Assembly (NCBI GenBank): GCA_964545575.1
Contig: CAZJFL010000007.1
Location: 31,848-95,847 of the forward strand
Direction: 5' to 3'
From: an uncultured Planctomycetales bacterium
GTDB lineage: Bacteria; Omnitrophota; Gorgyraeia; Gygaellales; Profunditerraquicolaceae
DNA length: 64,000 nucleotides
Below are positions 18,176 through 27,490 of the stretch, one piece after another. Every line of letters starts with the position of its first letter. The stretch's first letter is position 1. The position numbers were made by a program, and so were the translations under genes. Below the pieces are notes generated by a model that had not been told where the DNA came from, did no database searches, and was given only the letters and a program-made list of their open reading frames with translations.

Positions 18176-19067
18176 TTTTTCTGGTAATCACGTAATTGGA
18201 GATTAATTTTACCGGCCGATAAGAAAGCTTAACTTTTCTTAGATTTGCCAGCCCCGAATCATCCATAATATTTATATATTTGTAATCCTTTAATTCTAGG
18301 CAAAACTTACGGAAGATAAATTGGGATAAGCCTTTCAGGGAGAGGTCGGTTATTTCATATAAGATGCAAAAAGTATCTTTATTCAGCCTGAAACCGAAAG
18401 TAAAGGCTTTGATTTCGCCTTTTATTTTCACCACCCTGCCGACGACGTTTAATCCGGGGTACCCTGCAAGCAACGCCTCCAGGGCAGCGCGGCTGTCCAG
18501 AAGCATCCCCCGATATACAGGGTCGGTTCTTTTACCCTCCCTCTCCTGCATCCACTCCAGATAGAGCTTAAGGCAATCTTTCTTCTGCCGCCAAGAAAAA
18601 GGCAGGTATTCGTATTTATAATGCTTGATAAAATAATTAAAGAGCGCCCGCTGTGATTTAAACTTATTGCCCTTTAGCCCTGCCAGCTCGTCCCTGGAAC
18701 AGAGGTAGTCTCTAAACTTATCGCGGCAGATATACCCGGCGTCCCGATAAAAAGCCAGATCTTTTTCCTCTATATTTTCTATGCGCGAGATCTCTTTATT
18801 GCGGTTAAAGCGGTCCATAATGTTAAAAACCTTCACCATAAACGCAAGATTTATTTTTTTGCCCAACGGCGCAAGGTATAAGAAACAGCCCGTATTATCC
18901 CGGAAGAATACGCAAAGATTTCCTTCTATCAGCTGCCACTTAATCTGGAAGAGCTTTTTCCAGATATAGATATTGGCAAAGTTGTAGACGGACAGCTCAT
19001 GGCCGGATAGATTTAGGAACCTCTCAAATAACCGCTTGTCTTTGAGGGCGAGAGTATTCAGTTTCAT
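18156..19067 (-). CDS. DUF2156 / MprF-C-terminal-domain-like protein (aminoacyl-phosphatidylglycerol-synthase-like fold)
   Basis: About 300 aa. The assignment rests on overall pattern and is weak. Confidence 0.3.
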   Translation of the reverse strand: MKLNTLALKDKRLFERFLNLSGHELSVYNFANIYIWKKLFQIKWQLIEGNLCVFFRDNTGCFLYLAPLGKKINLAFMVKVFNIMDRFNRNKEISRIENIEEKDLAFYRDAGYICRDKFRDYLCSRDELAGLKGNKFKSQRALFNYFIKHYKYEYLPFSWRQKKDCLKLYLEWMQEREGKRTDPVYRGMLLDSRAALEALLAGYPGLNVVGRVVKIKGEIKAFTFGFRLNKDTFCILYEITDLSLKGLSQFIFRKFCLELKDYKYINIMDDSGLANLRKVKLSYRPVKLISNYVITRKNVAEYR

Positions 19068-19070
19068 GGT

Positions 19071-19526
19071 TTAAATATTTAATTCTATTAAATCCTGGGC
19101 TTCCTTGTAGGCTTGGATTATCTGGGGGTTGTCCTTTAAGATGTTCCTCTGTTCCGGGCGGTTGAAGAAATCCGCCAGCTTCTGGACATATTCTCCAAAG
19201 CCCTGGGTTCCCGCATTCTCCTGTACAAAAGGGCAATTTAAATCTACGGCCAAGAAAACTTTATTTGCCTTAAAGTTGATCAGGAAAGGGTAAAGCTGGC
19301 ATTCAAAAGGGCGCAGAGGATATATGGTGCACTTATTCTGGGCAGGATTAAAAGAAGCGCAGATAAAACTATCCTCTTTGGCGCCGGGTACCAGTTTGAT
19401 TTTTTCTCTTAAAGATTCTTCCTCCTGGCGCAAAAGACAGGGCGACCAGACCGTGCCCTGGTTGCTGAACCGGCAACAGCCGGGGCACTTTAAACAGACC
19501 TCTTCTGGCACGAATTGTGCGATCAT
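19071..19526 (-). CDS. YkgJ-family cysteine-cluster protein (UPF0153)
   Basis: CLKCPGCCRF...CTIYPLRPFECQLYPF. Confidence 0.6.
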   Translation of the reverse strand: MIAQFVPEEVCLKCPGCCRFSNQGTVWSPCLLRQEEESLREKIKLVPGAKEDSFICASFNPAQNKCTIYPLRPFECQLYPFLINFKANKVFLAVDLNCPFVQENAGTQGFGEYVQKLADFFNRPEQRNILKDNPQIIQAYKEAQDLIELNI

Positions 19527-19843
19527 TTGACCGTGCTACCCAGCTTAATTTTTCGCTCCGGCGCCACAATAGCCATGCCGGTTTCATCCGCAGCCGCCAG
19601 AATCATCCCCTGGCTTTCTACTCCGCGTAATATCGCCGGCTCTAAATTATCCACCACCACCACTTGCTTGCCTACCAACTCTTCTTTTGAATATGCGCTC
19701 TTTATCCCGGCGACCACCTGTTTGGTCTTATCCCCTAAATCAACGGTGATCACATAAAGCCTGTCGGCATTAGGATGGTCGCTAACCTCTTTGATTTCTG
19801 CTACTTTTAGCTCTAATTTTTTAAATTCCTCAAAGGTAATCAT
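19523..19843 (-). CDS. csaA: tRNA-binding protein (CsaA/Trbp111, EMAP-like fold)
   Basis: EEFKKLELKVAEIKEVSDHPNADRLYVITVDLG...QVVAGI. Confidence 0.7.
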   Translation of the reverse strand: MITFEEFKKLELKVAEIKEVSDHPNADRLYVITVDLGDKTKQVVAGIKSAYSKEELVGKQVVVVDNLEPAILRGVESQGMILAAADETGMAIVAPERKIKLGSTVK

Positions 19844-19860
19844 TTTATCTCCTTTAGCCT

Positions 19861-20113
19861 AAGGAAATATTTTGTAAATAAATTAGCGAGTTATTTGCTT
19901 GTCGGATTTATCTGGACATGCACTTAGCTCGCTATTTTGCTTGTTAATTCGCCCGCTATTACTTGTCGGCGAATTATCCCGAGTCCGCCGAAGACGGACG
20001 AGGGACTGCAAAAAATCAAACATGCACTCCGCTCGCTAAACCGCTTGTCGCGGTTTGCCTTTGAGGCCGCTCGCTTGAGTGCCGTTTCAATTTTGCTTGT
20101 CGCAAAATTGAAA
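19861..20113 (-). repeat. Repeat-dense, hairpin-rich region 3' of tRNA-Asp (candidate structured RNA / repeat array)
   Basis: A perfect 15-bp hairpin (20082-20116, loop ttgtc) overlaps the tRNA 3' end. A second hairpin, aaaccgc-ttgtc-gcggttt, sits at 20038-20056. A 31-nt direct repeat CGACAAGC..UAGCGAGC..AGUGCAUGU occurs twice, and the CTTGTCG heptamer occurs five times. Confidence 0.5.
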
Positions 20114-20189
20114 CGGGGTCGACGAGATTTGAACTCGCGATCTTCGCCGTGACAGGGCGACGTGTTAGACCAGGCTACACCACGACCCC
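20114..20189 (-). tRNA. tRNA-Asp (anticodon GTC)
   Basis: The reverse complement folds as GGGGTCGTGGTGTAGCCTGGTCTAACAC...CCCTGTCACGG...GTTCAAATC...CGACCCCG. No CCA is encoded. Confidence 0.85.
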
Positions 20190-20249
20190 AAAATAAGGAA
20201 TAAATTCTAACTTAAAATACTGCTTTAGGCAATGCCTTTTTATAAAAAT

Positions 20250-20325
20250 GGTGGGCGCTAGAGGACTTGAACCCCCGACCTGTTGAATGTAAGTCAACCG
20301 CTCTAACCAACTGAGCTAAGCGCCC
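20250..20325 (-). tRNA. tRNA-Val (anticodon TAC)
   Basis: The reverse complement reads GGGCGCTTAGCTCAGTTGGTTAGAGCGGTTGACTTACATTCAAC...GGTTCAAGTCC...GCGCCCACCA. CCA is encoded. Confidence 0.85.
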
Positions 20326-20353
20326 GTTTTAATTCCAAGGAACAATACTTTTT

Positions 20354-20812
20354 TTACCCTCCGGCTAAACGACCTAAAAAGACGATGGTAAAAACCATGA
20401 CTAAGAGCGCAACGGTCTCGGTCATGCCTAAGACCACCATGTAATTGCCGAACCCTTTGCCGGTCTCACCCATGGCGTCGCAGGCTACTGCCGCGCACTT
20501 GCCCTGCCAGTAGGCAGATAAGCCAATTGCCGCTCCGGCAAAAAGCCCAGCACTCCAGAGATACTGGCCGCTTAAAGTCAGGGAAAGCATGCGGTTCATT
20601 ACAATAAAACCGTAAATTGTCTGGGTTAAAGGCGCAGCAGTCAGAGCCACCAGCAAAAAAGAAGCGGTTTTGTTCTGGATAAAGCTCTTTTTCCAGGCGC
20701 CGATAGCGCTCATCCCGGCAATTCCAGTCCCTGCCGCCGAGCCAAACGCTGCCAATGCCAAAACCATTACCGCTCCCAAATCCTTAAATTGTGCCAAGAT
20801 ATTCTGTTCCAT
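20354..20812 (-). CDS. ntpK: V-type ATP synthase proteolipid subunit K (double-hairpin c subunit)
   Basis: 152 aa, four TM helices, GxGxGxG-rich. Confidence 0.8.
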   Translation of the reverse strand: MEQNILAQFKDLGAVMVLALAAFGSAAGTGIAGMSAIGAWKKSFIQNKTASFLLVALTAAPLTQTIYGFIVMNRMLSLTLSGQYLWSAGLFAGAAIGLSAYWQGKCAAVACDAMGETGKGFGNYMVVLGMTETVALLVMVFTIVFLGRLAGG

Positions 20813-22591
20813 CTAAAGACTCCTTTCTTCATTTAAGTCTTCTAGCGGCTTATAAGATACGCCACTCCAGGATAAACCTGCGTGGCCCGAAAACTCCAAA
20901 ACATTCAGGCGCACGCCGTGCACCAAAACCGACATCGGGCCCAAAACCATATTAATACTATGGCCCAAAAATAAAATCAAGGCCTTAAGCAGAAAATTAT
21001 CGCCGAAACCCGCAGCCAGAGCATTCACCGTATTGGAAATGGTCACTCCTGCCAGGCCCACGGCAAAAATACGCACGTAGGAGACCACGTCGGTAAAATT
21101 ATTCATTAAACTTAAAGCCAGAGTCCCTAATCCCTTCGCGAGCATCTTCAAAATATTTTTTTGTGGGCTGCTAAAAATAACCACCAGAGCGATACCGGAT
21201 ATAATCATTTTGTTTACGAAAGCCGGATACGTAGCATCTAAAATCAGAGTCCGGGCGATAAAAAACCCCGACCAGAGCAGTATAATCCAACCCAAATCTG
21301 TCAACGCGGCCAGGGAAGGCATCTTACGTATCCCCTGCATTGCGTGGGCTAAAGTAAGATGCAATGCCCCTAAAAAGAAACAAAAGGCCTGCAAGAATTT
21401 AAGGTCATTTAATATGGGTATAATCGGCTTAAAGCCGGCTGCTAAGTACCAATCCTGGCCGAATACGGTTCCGGTAATCAGGCCCCAGAAAATCGCGCAG
21501 GCGCTGAAAAGATAAAAAAGGAAAAATACCCTTTGATCCTTTGCTCGCCTGGAAAACTTCTTCTGCAGCAGGAAGGTAAGCAGAAAATACAGCGCCCCGT
21601 ATCCGGCGTCACCGATAATCATACCGAAAAACAAACTTAAGAAAAGAAGAAACACCGGGCTGATATCCAGTTCGCGGTAACCCGGGATAATCTCCAACAG
21701 CCTGAATACCGGCCTGATCAAAGCCACCCAACGCGGATTGCGGATTAAAGTAGGTACGACGTCTTCTGCGCTTGGCTCTTCAATGAGAAAGCCCCAATTT
21801 TCTCTAGCGGCGGTTTTTTCTAAGAGTATTGCTTTATCAAAAGGAATGAAACCCCTTAAATAAACAAAGCTTTCTATCTGACCCATGCCTCTAAGTGCTT
21901 CGGAAAATTCTATTTTTTTCACTAACTGCGCCTTTATTGCTTTGAAGCCGCCTAGATATGCCAGATATTTACAGATATCATCCCGGATAATCGCCATCAT
22001 CCGGCCGTCTTCATATAAGCGCTTGCGTATATCTTCCAGGCCCATTTTAGGCAGGGGGATTTCTCCAAAAGAGACCTTTATTTCCTGCCGCGCAATTAAC
22101 AGGTAATACCCAACGCCTGCACTGGCATATATTTGCCTGGCGATTAACCCTGCGGGAAGAGTTTTTATTTCTTTAAGCGGCACTTCGTACAGGCCGATAT
22201 AAATACCCTTCTGGCGCAATGCTTCGATTTGCGCCGGATCAAAATCGCCCCAAGGCTGCCATTGCGCAACCTGAGCCCTTAAGGTAAGGGCATATTCTTC
22301 TAGGTGGATAAGCCGTTTATATAAATCCATAAGGTGTTTGGCGATAAACTGCCAGTCTATGGGGGCCTGTTTTTGCTGCGTTTGCTTTTGTTTTAAAAAT
22401 TCCGGTGCCGAGAGTATTTCTATGGCACGGTTTGCCAAAGCTAAATCTTCCTTAAGGACAGCGATATCCTCGCCCCTAGGCTGCTTTTGGTGCTCCACGT
22501 GCATGATACCTAGAGAGCGCAATTTAACCAATGCGTCTGGCGCATCTTTTGCTTGCGCTATCACCGTAGCTTTTTTCATCGGCACAATCAT
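20813..22591 (-). CDS. ntpI: V-type ATP synthase subunit I (a subunit)
   Basis: A hydrophilic N-half plus a multi-TM C-half. The start is probably the MIVPMKK Met at 22591, overlapping the stop of subunit D. Confidence 0.8.
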   Translation of the reverse strand: MIVPMKKATVIAQAKDAPDALVKLRSLGIMHVEHQKQPRGEDIAVLKEDLALANRAIEILSAPEFLKQKQTQQKQAPIDWQFIAKHLMDLYKRLIHLEEYALTLRAQVAQWQPWGDFDPAQIEALRQKGIYIGLYEVPLKEIKTLPAGLIARQIYASAGVGYYLLIARQEIKVSFGEIPLPKMGLEDIRKRLYEDGRMMAIIRDDICKYLAYLGGFKAIKAQLVKKIEFSEALRGMGQIESFVYLRGFIPFDKAILLEKTAARENWGFLIEEPSAEDVVPTLIRNPRWVALIRPVFRLLEIIPGYRELDISPVFLLFLSLFFGMIIGDAGYGALYFLLTFLLQKKFSRRAKDQRVFFLFYLFSACAIFWGLITGTVFGQDWYLAAGFKPIIPILNDLKFLQAFCFFLGALHLTLAHAMQGIRKMPSLAALTDLGWIILLWSGFFIARTLILDATYPAFVNKMIISGIALVVIFSSPQKNILKMLAKGLGTLALSLMNNFTDVVSYVRIFAVGLAGVTISNTVNALAAGFGDNFLLKALILFLGHSINMVLGPMSVLVHGVRLNVLEFSGHAGLSWSGVSYKPLEDLNEERSL

Positions 22592-23202
22592 GCGAGTACC
22601 TCTTTTAGTTCTACCGCCTCTATTTTTCTCTTGGCCATCTTGCATCTGCCTACGGCATTAGCCATCTGGTCACCGATATAAATTTTAATTAGGCGGATGG
22701 CTTCTTCTGCCTCCGGAATTTTCACTTTTTCAAAAAGATTGACCCGCTGGGTAGTGATGCGCAGCTCCTGGCGCAAGATTTCTATGCCTCTTTCGATAAC
22801 GCCTGTTTCTACGCGTAAAACATTGACCGCCCTTAAAGCATCTATTGCCCCGTCCACCCACAGCGGCGTGGTAAATAAGTCGTAACCAGGCTGATTAAAT
22901 TCTGCGCGCGTAAAAACAACTAAGTCTGTGCCCGCAATATTGCGGACAGCGGTAATAATCTTCTCGGCGATAATAAAAGGTTTTATCTCTACCGGGTCGC
23001 TAAGTAAGCCCGCCCACGCTTCTATGGCTTTTCTCTTTGCCTCTTCGGCGCGCTTTTTCTCATCCCGCAGATTCAGCTGATGCAGTATCTCCATCTGCAG
23101 CTGTTGTTTTTTTAGCTGCAGGGTAGGCAGATAGCGCTGGTATTGCCTCAAGGAATCGCGCTGCCGCTTTAATTCTCCTTTGGTAAGCTTTATCTTCGCC
23201 AT
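22588..23202 (-). CDS. ntpD: V-type ATP synthase subunit D
   Basis: MAKIKLTKGELKRQRDSLRQYQRYLPTLQLKKQQL... Confidence 0.8.
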   Translation of the reverse strand: MAKIKLTKGELKRQRDSLRQYQRYLPTLQLKKQQLQMEILHQLNLRDEKKRAEEAKRKAIEAWAGLLSDPVEIKPFIIAEKIITAVRNIAGTDLVVFTRAEFNQPGYDLFTTPLWVDGAIDALRAVNVLRVETGVIERGIEILRQELRITTQRVNLFEKVKIPEAEEAIRLIKIYIGDQMANAVGRCKMAKRKIEAVELKEVLA

Positions 23203-23249
23203 AAAAATTACTAGTTACGAGTTACTAGTTTACTAGTTACTGAATTTTA

Positions 23250-23321
23250 GGCCAGTCCCCGCAGAAGGCGGGACACCAAACCATCCGATAGGTTTGGGTG
23301 CTTAACCTGTTTTTGGCCAGT
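23250..23321. repeat. Two-hairpin ~50-nt repeat element, copy 1 (between the ntpB stop and the ntpD start), flanked by ggccagt direct repeats
   Basis: ggccagt-CCCCGCAGAAGGCGGGACACCAAACCATCCGATAGGTTTGGGTGCTTAACC-tgttttt-ggccagt. The 3' end of the core overlaps the ntpB stop codon. A tandem ttactagt repeat lies at 23207-23240. Confidence 0.55.
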
Positions 23322-24600
23322 ATTTCTCTATCAGCGACATCTTTATCCCGGTTTCTTCTGGGGTAAAATTTTCTGCCATCAGCCGCCAGCCCAAATCCAG
23401 CGCTTCTTCCAGCGGGATATTCACTTCCAAAGACATCATCTCTTTTTCAAATAACACGCCGTATTTAAGCAGTTTTTTATCCCAGGAGTTCATCTGAAAC
23501 CCCATTGCCCGCTTCTCTAATGTAGAACGGTATTGGGCAAACAATTGAATCATTGTATCCATCACCGTGCGGTGGTCGGCCCTAGTCTTACCATTGACCT
23601 GCTGCTTCAGGCGGGAGAGCGACCCAAAAGGCTCAATCACCGAACTTTTAAGGTAAAATTGGCCTTCGGTAATGTAGCCGGTATTATCCGGAACCGGATG
23701 CGTCACATCGTCTCCGGGCATGGTTGTTGCCGCCAGAATGGTGATCGAGCCGGCAGTATCAAAATCAACCGCCTTTTCATAACGGCTGGCTAATTGGCTG
23801 TATAGATCTCCGGGATAACCGCGGTTAGAAGGAACCTGCTCCATAGTAATTGAGATTTCCTTCAGGGCATCGCAGAAATTAGTCATATCCGTCAGGAGGA
23901 CCAGGACGCGCTTACCACCAAGAGCAAAATTTTCCGCCACCGCCAAGCTGATATCCGGTACAAGTAGGCATTCCACTGTCGGGTCGGCGGCAGTATGGAT
24001 AAAAAATACGCACTTAGACAAAGCGCCGTGTGTCTCTAAAGTATCGCGGAAGAAAAGATAATCGTCGTATTTTAAGCCCATCCCGCCTAAAATAATAATA
24101 TCTACCTCTGCCTGAATGGCAATCCTGGCTAATAATTCATTGTAAGGCTCTCCGGCAATGGAAAAAATCGGCAATTTCTGCGACTCAACCAGAGAATTAA
24201 AGACATCGATCATGGGAATACCGGTACGGATCATCTTGTTAGGAATAATCCTTTTTACCGGATTTACCGGCGGCCCGGCAATATCGGTCAGGTTGTCAGA
24301 AAGTATCGGGCCTAAATCCCGCGGCAGGCCGCTGCCGTTAAAAATGCGGCCCAGGAGGTCTCTTCCCGTAGCAATGCGCATGGGATGCCCCAAGAAGCGC
24401 ACTTTATCCTCGGTAGAAATCCCTTTGCTTCCTGCAAAGACCTGTAAATCCACACGCCTGCCGCTTAACCTGATCACCTGGGCCAGTGATTTACCGCGCT
24501 GCGTAGCTACTTCGGCAATATCCGAGTAGCCCACGCCTTCGGCCTCTACCGTAATCACGTCTCCGGCAATCTGAATAATATCAGTATAAACCTTATGCAT
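23302..24600 (-). CDS. ntpB: V-type ATP synthase subunit B
   Basis: Strong match to V/A-ATPase B (regulatory) subunits. Confidence 0.9.
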   Translation of the reverse strand: MHKVYTDIIQIAGDVITVEAEGVGYSDIAEVATQRGKSLAQVIRLSGRRVDLQVFAGSKGISTEDKVRFLGHPMRIATGRDLLGRIFNGSGLPRDLGPILSDNLTDIAGPPVNPVKRIIPNKMIRTGIPMIDVFNSLVESQKLPIFSIAGEPYNELLARIAIQAEVDIIILGGMGLKYDDYLFFRDTLETHGALSKCVFFIHTAADPTVECLLVPDISLAVAENFALGGKRVLVLLTDMTNFCDALKEISITMEQVPSNRGYPGDLYSQLASRYEKAVDFDTAGSITILAATTMPGDDVTHPVPDNTGYITEGQFYLKSSVIEPFGSLSRLKQQVNGKTRADHRTVMDTMIQLFAQYRSTLEKRAMGFQMNSWDKKLLKYGVLFEKEMMSLEVNIPLEEALDLGWRLMAENFTPEETGIKMSLIEKYWPKTG

Positions 24601-24603
24601 AAA

Positions 24604-26346
24604 TTAACCTTTGCCCTGGATAACTTTTTCCTTCAATATGGCGGAGATCTTGTTCTCCCGACTTTTGAAATCCTGGCTCTGCCATTCCAGGGAATTCCAT
24701 TCGCGGAACTGCTGCCTTAATACCTGAAAGAAATGCAGGGCTTCTTCTTTATTGCTAAAAGTAAATTCCGCCTCCAGGATTTCGTAAATAAAATGGAAAA
24801 TATATTTTTGCCGCTCTCGGGAGGTGGCTTCATCTACTTTATCAAAGGCATTCTGCTGTAAATAAACAAAATCCAGGAATTCTCCCTTAAGATAATCGAC
24901 GTAGTCATTTAAAGAAGTCCCTTCTTCACCGACGACTTTCATCATCTGGGCTACATCATTGGCTTTGCGCAAGATACGGCGGCCGACCTCTGCCTCTTTT
25001 GCGTCGATAAAGCTTTGATATTTGCTCCAGCTGATCAACGGGTCGATTGCCGGGTAACGCCGGGCATCCGAACGCTCGCGGGAAAGCCCGTGAAAAGCGC
25101 CCACCACTTTCAGGGTGGCCTGGGTCACCGGTTCTTCAAAATTTCCTCCGGCAGGGCTGACCGTGCCTCCGATGGTGACTGAGCCGGTTTTACCGTCGTG
25201 TAGTTTCACCAGGCCCGCCCGCTCATAGAAAGAGGCGATGCGCGACTCCAGATACGCCGGGAATGCTTCCTCTCCCGGGATCTCTTCCAGCCGACCAGAC
25301 ATCTCCCGCATCGCCTGGGCCCAGCGGGAAGTGGAATCCGCCAAGAGCAAAACCTGCAGGCCCATCTGGCGGTAATACTCGGCAATCGTTACTGCGGTAT
25401 AAACGCTGGACTCTCTGGCTGCCACCGGCATAGAGCTAGTGTTACAAATAATTACGGTACGGTCGCTTAAAGGCCGGCCGGTGCGCGGGTCAGTGATTTC
25501 AGGAAAAGTCTTTAATGTCTCCACCACTTCTCCGGCGCGCTCTCCGCAGGCAGCAATTACCACCACATCCGCCTCGGCATGCCGGCTGGTGAGTTGCTGT
25601 AAAACAGTTTTTCCTGCGCCAAAAGGCCCAGGGATACAATAAGTCCCCCCCTTAGCCACGGGAAACAAAGAATCGATGGTGCGCATTTTGGTAATCAAGG
25701 GCTCAGTCGGCATTAATTTCTCGGCATAAGCGCGGATAGGAATCTTAACCGGCCATTTCTGCTGCAGAAAGCACTCTTGGATTTTTCCGTTTGCATCTTT
25801 AAGTTTAACGATGCATTGCTTTAGATTATATCTGCCGGCCTTGGCAACACTTACTACCTCAAACGCCCCCTTAAGGCCAAAGGGGACCATGATATAATGC
25901 TTAAGAATTTTTTCGGGGACAAAACCTAAATTTTGTCCGGCGATTACAGCCTCTCCCTCTTTTACCAAAGGAGTAAAATCCCAAACTGATTCATCCGGCA
26001 GGGGGTCAACATAGATTCCGCGTTTCAGGAAGAAGCCACACTTTTCGGCTAAAATAGGCAGGGGATTTTGTAGGCCGTCAAAAATCTGGCCTAAAAGGCC
26101 GGGGCCTAATTCCGCCGATAAAAGCTCGCCGCTAAACTCCACTTCCAGGCCGATTTTCAGGCCTTTGGTATTTTCGTAAACCTGCAATTCCACGGATTTG
26201 GCGCGCACGCGGATGACCTCGCTTTTCAAGCGCTCATCGCCGCATAAAATATAGGCCACTTCGTTCTGGATCACGAAAGTTTCCAGGGAGGCGCTGACCA
26301 TGTTGCCGCTAATGCTATTGATGTAACCTGTTCTTTTTTCTGGCAT
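24604..26346 (-). CDS. ntpA: V-type ATP synthase catalytic subunit A
   Basis: Walker A GPFGAGKT, 580 aa. Confidence 0.9.
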   Translation of the reverse strand: MPEKRTGYINSISGNMVSASLETFVIQNEVAYILCGDERLKSEVIRVRAKSVELQVYENTKGLKIGLEVEFSGELLSAELGPGLLGQIFDGLQNPLPILAEKCGFFLKRGIYVDPLPDESVWDFTPLVKEGEAVIAGQNLGFVPEKILKHYIMVPFGLKGAFEVVSVAKAGRYNLKQCIVKLKDANGKIQECFLQQKWPVKIPIRAYAEKLMPTEPLITKMRTIDSLFPVAKGGTYCIPGPFGAGKTVLQQLTSRHAEADVVVIAACGERAGEVVETLKTFPEITDPRTGRPLSDRTVIICNTSSMPVAARESSVYTAVTIAEYYRQMGLQVLLLADSTSRWAQAMREMSGRLEEIPGEEAFPAYLESRIASFYERAGLVKLHDGKTGSVTIGGTVSPAGGNFEEPVTQATLKVVGAFHGLSRERSDARRYPAIDPLISWSKYQSFIDAKEAEVGRRILRKANDVAQMMKVVGEEGTSLNDYVDYLKGEFLDFVYLQQNAFDKVDEATSRERQKYIFHFIYEILEAEFTFSNKEEALHFFQVLRQQFREWNSLEWQSQDFKSRENKISAILKEKVIQGKG

Positions 26347-26355
26347 CTTGAGAAC

Positions 26356-26880
26356 CTATACTAAGACTGTCTGGAGTAATTCCTGCCTATCCGCGGCATT
26401 GATCCTTTGCCAGCGTTCCAGGATTAGTAATTTTTGTAAATAGATTAATAAAAGTTCCAAATCAAAATAGTGGCCTGCTGCCAGTTCATCCAGATAATGC
26501 CAGCGCGCCTCATCCAGCGCTAGCTCTGCTTCTAGCAAAGATGGATTCCTGCAGGCAGTGCCGGCGATATGCAAGACGTCCGCACTAAAATATCCGTCGG
26601 GGCGCAGGAATTTTGCCGGGTCAAGATGTTTACGGCCAGCCCTGATTTTAGCGATTTCATTGTTCAGGGCAATATTAAAAGCGCACCATTTCTTTAAGGC
26701 CTGCGATGATCCGGCATAAGAAAAATCGCTGCCGATAGCGACGGACTGTCTTAAAATAATCGCGTCCTTTTCATCTATCAGTTCGCCGCACATCCGGATA
26801 AATTTTTCCGCAAGAAATGGAGGCGCTGCCCCAAAATGTAATGCCGGAAGGCTGGAGACAATATAAACGTAAAATGACAT
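26356..26880 (-). CDS. Hypothetical protein conserved between E and A in Chlamydia/spirochaete-type V-ATPase operons
   Basis: Its position mirrors the hypothetical gene between atpE and atpA in chlamydial operons. It has no recognisable motif. Confidence 0.4.
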   Translation of the reverse strand: MSFYVYIVSSLPALHFGAAPPFLAEKFIRMCGELIDEKDAIILRQSVAIGSDFSYAGSSQALKKWCAFNIALNNEIAKIRAGRKHLDPAKFLRPDGYFSADVLHIAGTACRNPSLLEAELALDEARWHYLDELAAGHYFDLELLLIYLQKLLILERWQRINAADRQELLQTVLV

Positions 26881-26881
26881 C

Positions 26882-27490
26882 TTAATCTTCTACCGGGGCT
26901 TTAAGTATTTCGTTTAGGCCGGGCTTAAGGTAAAGGCTGATATATTCGCCTAAGGCCTGGTCGCTAAAATCAAACTCGGATTTACCGCCGTCGAAACTGA
27001 TCACAAAGCCTGCCTGGATATCTTCGGTGGGCCGGATTACTATTTTCTGCTTCGCCGCATCTTTCAAGGTTGCCAAAAAGCCGGTTAATTCTTTAACCTC
27101 TTTTTTAGCCAAAGAGATGACGATATCTTCTTTGGCCTCGCCGCCGTATTCTTTTATAAAGCCAAGAATGATCCTGGCCAGCTCATCGGGTTTTAAGGCC
27201 TGCCGCACTTCGGCAGTAATTAATCTCTGGAGCATGGCATTGATTTCCCGACGCAAAGAAATCAGCATATCCCGGCCGGCCTGCTCAAGAAGGGCCTGCG
27301 TGCTCTCGCCGGTCCTTTTGGCTTCCTGCCGGCCTTGAGCAATAATTTTTTCTGCTTCTAGCCTCGCTTGCCTTAAAACAGATTCTGCCCTCTCTTTTGC
27401 CTCTGCCTCAATCTGTTTGGCCTTAACATCGGCGGCCTGAATGCCTTCTTTTTGAATCTTTTCAATTAAATTCTTTATATCTTCGGGCAT
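26882..27490 (-). CDS. ntpE: V-type ATP synthase subunit E
   Basis: Lys/Glu/Ala-rich N-terminal coiled coil with a globular C-terminus, typical of the E subunit. Confidence 0.7.
   Translation of the reverse strand: MPEDIKNLIEKIQKEGIQAADVKAKQIEAEAKERAESVLRQARLEAEKIIAQGRQEAKRTGESTQALLEQAGRDMLISLRREINAMLQRLITAEVRQALKPDELARIILGFIKEYGGEAKEDIVISLAKKEVKELTGFLATLKDAAKQKIVIRPTEDIQAGFVISFDGGKSEFDFSDQALGEYISLYLKPGLNEILKAPVED

Noticed and set aside
19024-19587. Several 60-106 aa overlapping ORFs on both strands
   Set aside because: They lie within or antisense to the YkgJ and CsaA genes, which have clear family motifs.
19861-20116. Possible CRISPR array near the tRNAs
   Set aside because: The repeats are irregular in length and spacing (31-nt unit twice, heptamers five times). 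There are no cas genes and no uniform spacer-repeat periodicity.
20082-20116. 15-bp hairpin as a Rho-independent terminator for the tRNA operon
   Set aside because: No U-tract follows it on the transcribed (minus) strand, and the next gene, which is co-oriented, starts about 240 nt downstream.
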